Shown here: piece after piece, positions 59,801 through 64,000 of the stretch
Numbering within the stretch: the stretch's first letter is position 1
Layout of the letters: each line of letters starts with the position of its first letter
Assembly (NCBI GenBank): GCA_964633865.1
Contig: CAZWIJ010000002.1
Span: 64,628 to 128,627, forward strand
Direction of reading: 5' to 3'
Length of the DNA stretch: 64,000 bases
DNA from: an uncultured Candidatus Saccharibacteria bacterium
GTDB taxonomy: Bacteria > Patescibacteriota > Minisyncoccia > SW-4-49-11
Translations under genes and position numbers: made by a program
The notes under the pieces: generated by a model
Seen by the model: the letters and a program-made list of their open reading frames with translations, nothing else
Databases searched by the model: none
Told to the model about the DNA's origin: nothing

Positions 59801-61526
59801 TATCTATATTAAACTCTCTTTCTACATCTTTATAACTACTTAAATCTGAATATTGACTTACATTTAAATATAATATACTAACAATATCATTATAATTATT
59901 AAGGTATTCTGTATTAAATAAATCATTTTCAGATATCAATTTTATTAAGTTTCTAATATCATTAAATATCCTTTCAGATCTTTCAAATCCGTTTCTATCA
60001 ATCTTTCTTTGGATAAATGAATTTATTTTTTCCTGATTTTCCTCTAAAAATTCTTTCTTATTCAATATTTGTTCTTTTTCTAAGAAGTTAAGAAATTTTA
60101 TGGAGATTTTAATATCAGAAGAAAAAAACATATCTACTATTTTTACATCTATACTAACTTTATTATTAGTATAAAATTCTTTAAAATCCACACCATAAAG
60201 TTGGCTCCATTCTTCAATCTTTTTATCTATATCTATATCTATATCTATAGGATTTATAAATATCTTATCAAAGTCAGAAAACATTGTTTGTATTTTTTCT
60301 TTGCTTAAATCTTGATTTTCATTCTGATAACCAATCTTCTCAAGAAATTTATTTTTATCCGTGGCTAAAAGATTATTGATTACATTTTCTATGTCTTCTT
60401 CTTTATATATTCTATTTAAATTAATATAATTTGTTATATCTTGAATAAGTTCTTCCATTGAAAAATCTTCTTTGTCGGGTAAATTTTTATAATTTTCCTC
60501 TATTTTATCTTTTAAATATGTTTTAAAATGTATGTTCTCAGTGTCATTATATATATTTTCTAAATTAATAAATTCTTTATCTTGAGTTAAAGTATTTTTA
60601 TATATCTTATTAAAAATATTTTCTGAATTAATTTCTTCTTCCATTTTTTTCAACTCTTCTTCTGAAGCAGGCATAATTTCACTTCTCTTCATCCTATCCA
60701 AGCCTGAATAATTTTCTATTATATCATTAGATAAGTGTATCTTGTCCAAAGTGTTATTTAATTTAACAAAATTTATTAAATCTTCTTGTATAGAATCTTT
60801 TGGCAAATCCATTTCATAGATTAAGCTAACTTTGATAGCCTCTAATTTTGAGATTTCAGTGTCTATTTTAATTTTTAAAAGTTCTCTATCTCTTGCTAAA
60901 TCTTTTGTATCCCACATATTTTCTTTTTCTATTGATGTTGGGTTTATTGATTTATAACTCTCTTCTATTTCTTCTATTTTTTTAATCATTAACAAAGCTA
61001 TATTTTGTACTTTTTCTTTAAATTCTTGGAATACTTTTATATTTTTTAAACTTTCTATTAAAGTATTTCTTTCTTCCCTACCTAAATTTGAGGTTGATTG
61101 AAAAAAATCCATACTCTTTTCTTTATCTATTCCTTTTAGAAAAAATAAATTATCTTTTAAATTATCGCTTTCTACTAAACTAGCATAATCTGATTCTTCA
61201 TTATTTTCTTTATCTAAATCCTTTAATTGTTCTTGTAAATCTTGATAGAAATCTATAATTTCTTGTGTAGATTTCTGTAAGTTTTCTATAGAAAATTCTA
61301 AAGATTTTTCTTTATCTTTATTGATTACTGTATTTTCGATTGCTTTTATTATTGGAGAGTTTTGCCTAAAATATTCCCAGATATTTTCTGGTGGTTTGAT
61401 TTTCTCACCTTCAAACTTATCTATTTCAATATTTTCTACTTTACTCTCCTTTTCTGATAAAGTCTCTTGTTTTTTTTCTAAAATTTCTTCCTCACTCCCT
61501 TGATTATAATTTCTAAATTTTTCCAT
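56814..61526 (-). CDS. giant (1570 aa) E/K/N/I-rich repeat-containing hypothetical protein
   Basis: single uninterrupted ORF; three ~35-aa (D/E)L(D/K)YW(D/N).(I/V).(E/P)GY…NKEKI repeats; (ID)n tract encoded by a (TATATC)n microsatellite at ~60225-60250; Cys/His-containing C-terminal globular region. Confidence 0.6.
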   Translation of the reverse strand: MEKFRNYNQGSEEEILEKKQETLSEKESKVENIEIDKFEGEKIKPPENIWEYFRQNSPIIKAIENTVINKDKEKSLEFSIENLQKSTQEIIDFYQDLQEQLKDLDKENNEESDYASLVESDNLKDNLFFLKGIDKEKSMDFFQSTSNLGREERNTLIESLKNIKVFQEFKEKVQNIALLMIKKIEEIEESYKSINPTSIEKENMWDTKDLARDRELLKIKIDTEISKLEAIKVSLIYEMDLPKDSIQEDLINFVKLNNTLDKIHLSNDIIENYSGLDRMKRSEIMPASEEELKKMEEEINSENIFNKIYKNTLTQDKEFINLENIYNDTENIHFKTYLKDKIEENYKNLPDKEDFSMEELIQDITNYINLNRIYKEEDIENVINNLLATDKNKFLEKIGYQNENQDLSKEKIQTMFSDFDKIFINPIDIDIDIDKKIEEWSQLYGVDFKEFYTNNKVSIDVKIVDMFFSSDIKISIKFLNFLEKEQILNKKEFLEENQEKINSFIQRKIDRNGFERSERIFNDIRNLIKLISENDLFNTEYLNNYNDIVSILYLNVSQYSDLSSYKDVEREFNIDKSSLSDEDINNIINNYIIYKGKTDNSLFRNIVDLKIDFQINDLKLEFPNEEIKEKFYLQVVESISYLNDHDGRRLIKELFNNGSLDLDEFKNKYKKELDIEISQIRSLRDIKNLEGIINNEDFSLIVEQRIQDALNEGTGNLESLYVILYNMEIIEKGYKVNFLRNNFDLMNSKLENMISQYNSSNLIQDLKYWDGVEEGYAKNFFEKNKEKIEERVKNRFLSGYNIRYIEEELDYWNSIKPGYNKEILQNNKEKISNNIKISLGENIYSLTDELDYWDNIEVGYREEFFQENTEEINEIIIKSYSEKGMKVYKLSEKIGFKEYNKENSFVVKLVKKHNGLEKELIKGYVECKEKGIIKEENYEDILELVNRIPVLNTIIVKEYLEAKSKQKETEYLDKITDTMDRMTSGGVKEEERNEEYFQDLLEYTYPNNAGSYGKYESVKTCQDRSQDLEGFKIKEKYPINIVDKSKLELREGREIDKENLGKIEKEREEIMREYNEGGIEKISQSLDKIIEEMIVKIGEENKLGIQVEKLISQEEKIYAAILYSRLNKEIKEEEIKKSILYYNFSHLDNIERYQENGEEGIEKDYEKIMGLSEFYKDTIKEAQNVIVDKGKQNPIFQEITENVYKENQERERIAREKQELGKLQIDKLGLNDKFIKDMRNILIKRRLNKDSTKEEKARIEEKYSEDRVREIISRYESLTGFLEEKVSNSSDSNTKTFYGRLKGQRNKTVEAFRQLTGEEQDLMTTHLGDINLKEVIALKISASDGIYDEELFNRLIEQSVTNLYKEENEIIETEVNKFIMVDYDPDGKKIEKKPKKLNGYINKDDLSSYARMVGGVCVSGCNPDKGEKNIWDMPNYFQLVLQNPENKRCVGLVLLHHFKDEDGQKILSASYNPSSTYLYSVDQESLFNELNNTLIDFAKDNDFDKIAISKNKHIRTNRTDTIFEKSMDKAINKYKEVNNEDGNYSFSNEKNFSHYPSNYKLDNMDIVWSK

Positions 61527-61590
61527 ATTTATAATAATTTATTTTTATAATTATATTATATCATATTCTTTTATATTAAATAAAGTTAAA

Positions 61591-61624
61591 AGACCCAAAT
61601 TATGTTTGGGTCTCCTATTTTTTA
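61591..61624. terminator. bidirectional hairpin terminator (agacccaaa-ttatg-tttgggtct)
   Basis: perfect 9-bp stem with T-runs on both strands, downstream of the minus-strand phosphatase gene. Confidence 0.55.
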
Positions 61625-61640
61625 AGATATAAAATTGAAT

Positions 61641-62429
61641 CTATACCAATATATTTGTATTGTAGAACCTGTCAATATACTCTACAATTTTCAAATATAC
61701 CTCTTCACTATTACAGGCAATATGCTCCAAGTTAGTGTAGATGTAATTATCTGATTGTAAATTACAGACGATACCTCCAGCTTCTTCTACAAGTAAGCAT
61801 CCAGGAGCATAATCCCAAATTGCACCATATGGTTTTAATGCAATTCTACCCTCAATTTTACCAGTTGCAATCAAGATATAATCATAACCAGCACAGCTAT
61901 GTTTATAATCTATTCTTTGGGATAAATTGTCTACCAAGAAATGTGAAAAGTCTTTATTCCTTGTCTCAAAGATAAGACTAGACTGATCCCAAGTACGGCT
62001 ACTTACATAAATCCTTTTTACATTACAAAAAGTTCCATTATTTCTTACCGCCCAGTAGATGTCATCATTAATTACATCGTAAATCAATGCAAACTCAACT
62101 ATACCATTAATTATTAGAGATAGCATAGTTGTAAAATAAATTAATTTTCTCACAAAACTACTTGTCCCATCAATGGGATCACACAGCCAAAACATATCTG
62201 CAGATGTATCTCCTCCTAATTCTTCTCCCACAAAAGGAATACTAGGGAAAACCTTCTCAAGCTCTTGTTTAAGAAATATTTCTATATCCAAATCAATTTG
62301 AGTCTGAATATTAGAAGTATCTCCATTCTTAAAATTCAACTTCTCAACTCTACCAAAATACGGAAGAGATAACTGTCTCGTTGAATGTACTATTTCTAGC
62401 ACTCTCTGATATGATGCTTTTTCTAGCAT
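61641..62429 (-). CDS. inositol monophosphatase family protein (IMPase/SuhB/CysQ-like)
   Basis: metal-binding motif WLCDPIDGTSSFV (DPIDGT) and downstream W.D..G motif. Confidence 0.8.
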   Translation of the reverse strand: MLEKASYQRVLEIVHSTRQLSLPYFGRVEKLNFKNGDTSNIQTQIDLDIEIFLKQELEKVFPSIPFVGEELGGDTSADMFWLCDPIDGTSSFVRKLIYFTTMLSLIINGIVEFALIYDVINDDIYWAVRNNGTFCNVKRIYVSSRTWDQSSLIFETRNKDFSHFLVDNLSQRIDYKHSCAGYDYILIATGKIEGRIALKPYGAIWDYAPGCLLVEEAGGIVCNLQSDNYIYTNLEHIACNSEEVYLKIVEYIDRFYNTNILV

Positions 62430-62521
62430 ATTAAAAATTTCTTTTTTCTAAAGTACTTATCTATATTATCATAAATTTTTATTTCGACAAGATATATCTA
62501 CAAAATAAATTTGTTTCTTTA

Positions 62522-63913
62522 TCAACTATCATCATCTTGAATTTCTAATTCAATTAACCGATTTAATTCTACTGCATATTCCAAGGGAAGAGATTTTATC
62601 ACAGGTTCCGAGAATCCATTTATAATCATTCTTTTTGCTTGATCATTAGACAATCCCCTACTTTCCAAAAAAAACAATTCTGCCTCACCGAGTCTTCCAA
62701 CTTTAGCTTCATGAGTAATTTCAGTTTGATTGTTTTCAATTTTCATTGTAGGATATGTATTTGAAATAGCTCCATTATTGAGTAGGAGTGCATCACATTG
62801 CACAGAAATTACACTATTTATAGCTTTTGGTAAAACTCTCACAAGTCCTCTATAATTAGAAATTCCATTTGATTTAGAAATACTTTTTGATGAAATAGTA
62901 GAACTAGTATCAGGAGCGACATGTATTACTTTGGAGCCTGTATCTTGGATCTGATTTTTACCTGCAAATGCGATACCAAGACTATCTGACTTAGCTCCTT
63001 CCCCAACCAAAACACTACATGGATATAACATAGTAACCCCACTTCCCATATTCCCATTTAGCCATTGTATTGTTCCATTTTCTTCTACAATAGCTCTTTT
63101 AGTATTCAGATTATAAGTATTTTTAGACCAATTTTCTATACTAATATATTTTACCTTAGCATTTTTATGTACAAATATTTCTACACATCCAGCATGCAAA
63201 GCTGACTTCTCAAATCTAGGAGCACTACAACCTTCAATATATTCCAATTCAGACCCCTCATCCACAATAATCAAAGTATGCTCAAATTGACCTCCTGACT
63301 GCATATTCATACGGAAATAAGCTTGCAGGGGAAGTTCCACTGTAACATTTGGTGGAACATAAATAAAAGTACCTCCACTCCAAACAGCTCCATGAAGCAT
63401 TATAAACTTATGATCATTTATAGGAATACACTTTGTCATAAAATATTTCTTGACTAAATCTGGATATTTTTGTACAGCTGTATCCATATTTTCAAAAATA
63501 ACTCCTTTATCTTGCAAAGATTGTTTCAAATTATGATAAACAATATCTGAGTCATATTGAGCTCCTACTCCACCCAAAGCTTTATGTTCTGCCTCTGGGA
63601 TACCTAATTTCTGAAAAGTAGATTTTATTTCATCAGGTACTTCATCCCAATTATTGGTTTCTTCCGTATCTGGTCTAACAAAATATCTAATCTCATCTAA
63701 ATTTAAATTTGCAAGCGAAGGCCCCCAATCTGGTAAAGGTGTTTTTTGATAAAAATCAAATGCTTGCAATCTTTTCTTGAGCATCCATTCTGGTTCTTGT
63801 TTTTGTTTTGAAATTTCTATCACTAACTTTTTATTCAAACCAAATTGAGAAGTATATTTAGATTTACTAATATTTGGTTCATCATATATTTCTCTTAGAC
63901 TTTTTGGATTCAT
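62522..63913 (-). CDS. sufB: Fe-S cluster assembly protein SufB
   Basis: 463 aa, conserved SufB/SufD beta-helix core and N-terminal SufB-specific region; ends 4 kb region of minus-strand housekeeping genes. Confidence 0.85.
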   Translation of the reverse strand: MNPKSLREIYDEPNISKSKYTSQFGLNKKLVIEISKQKQEPEWMLKKRLQAFDFYQKTPLPDWGPSLANLNLDEIRYFVRPDTEETNNWDEVPDEIKSTFQKLGIPEAEHKALGGVGAQYDSDIVYHNLKQSLQDKGVIFENMDTAVQKYPDLVKKYFMTKCIPINDHKFIMLHGAVWSGGTFIYVPPNVTVELPLQAYFRMNMQSGGQFEHTLIIVDEGSELEYIEGCSAPRFEKSALHAGCVEIFVHKNAKVKYISIENWSKNTYNLNTKRAIVEENGTIQWLNGNMGSGVTMLYPCSVLVGEGAKSDSLGIAFAGKNQIQDTGSKVIHVAPDTSSTISSKSISKSNGISNYRGLVRVLPKAINSVISVQCDALLLNNGAISNTYPTMKIENNQTEITHEAKVGRLGEAELFFLESRGLSNDQAKRMIINGFSEPVIKSLPLEYAVELNRLIELEIQDDDS

Positions 63914-64000
63914 TATAATAATTTTCTTTAGTATAATTTATTAATATAATTTTATCATAAAACTTGTCTTTAACAAAAAAACACTTAGTCTCAACTAAGT

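Noticed and set aside
25931-61503. Antisense ORFs 25931..26128, 29944..30129, 33528..33710, 34473..34697, 35600..35785, 36948..37169, 37241..37447, 37845..38060, 38550..38750, 39405..39605, 40711..40923, 41704..41949, 45344..45631, 47649..47897, 50047..50238, 51299..51493, 54357..54563, 57643..57906, 57944..58138, 58889..59197, 61321..61503
   Set aside because: Same reasoning: shadow ORFs within larger, motif-supported genes
1-64000. CRISPR arrays, rRNA genes, transposases/integrases, tmRNA, RNase P RNA, SRP RNA
   Set aside because: No regularly spaced short direct repeats were seen, and no rRNA-like conserved blocks. No DDE/tyrosine-recombinase motifs in any ORF. No tRNA-like 3' ends (GGTTCGAnTCC…CCA) apart from tRNA-Asn. 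Intergenic regions are short and AT-rich

Overview
This 64 kb window comes from an AT-rich bacterial chromosome (roughly 28-30 % GC). TGA and TAA are both used as stops, so it is standard code 11. Genes are short and tightly packed with weak RBSs, and many intergenic regions carry recognisable sigma70-type promoters (TATTGACAAAA...TATAAT) and hairpin+T-run terminators. Housekeeping content is clear: proS (no editing domain), hisS, an archaeal/eukaryal-type aspS, dnaE, typA/bipA, ung, sufB, a PMM/PGM-family mutase, an inositol monophosphatase, dgkA, RppH-like NUDIX, a THUMP RNA methyltransferase, a DEAH helicase and tRNA-Asn(GTT). The aaRS set and the giant low-complexity proteins point to a reduced-genome, CPR/Patescibacteria-like lineage (inference only). 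Between these lie accessory and defence-type genes. (1) An MmeI-architecture single-chain Type IIG restriction-modification enzyme (nuclease + gamma-class N6-adenine MTase + TRD, 1254 aa) has an in-frame ~0.8 kb insertion carrying a DUF559/Vsr-like endonuclease domain, flanked by GC-rich palindromic direct repeats that are anomalous for this genome. (2) A Type I R-M locus consists of hsdM (with an N-terminal nuclease-like extension), a Fic gene, and an hsdS split by an in-frame TAG; there is no hsdR, and a standalone WYL-like gene sits next to it. (3) A clear heliorhodopsin is present. (4) Three tandem small Bud32/RIO/Kdo-kinase-like genes include two copies sharing about 260 bp of identical DNA. 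(5) A 106-bp direct repeat, which is a duplicated gene 3' end, brackets a small secreted-protein cassette. (6) A higher-GC DEAH helicase + Zn-ribbon protein pair looks horizontally acquired. (7) There are tandem paralogues of an unknown ~210 aa family, a 1570-aa giant repeat protein with a coding hexanucleotide microsatellite, and an LRR protein with tandem 60-bp repeats. No CRISPR array, rRNA or transposase was seen.
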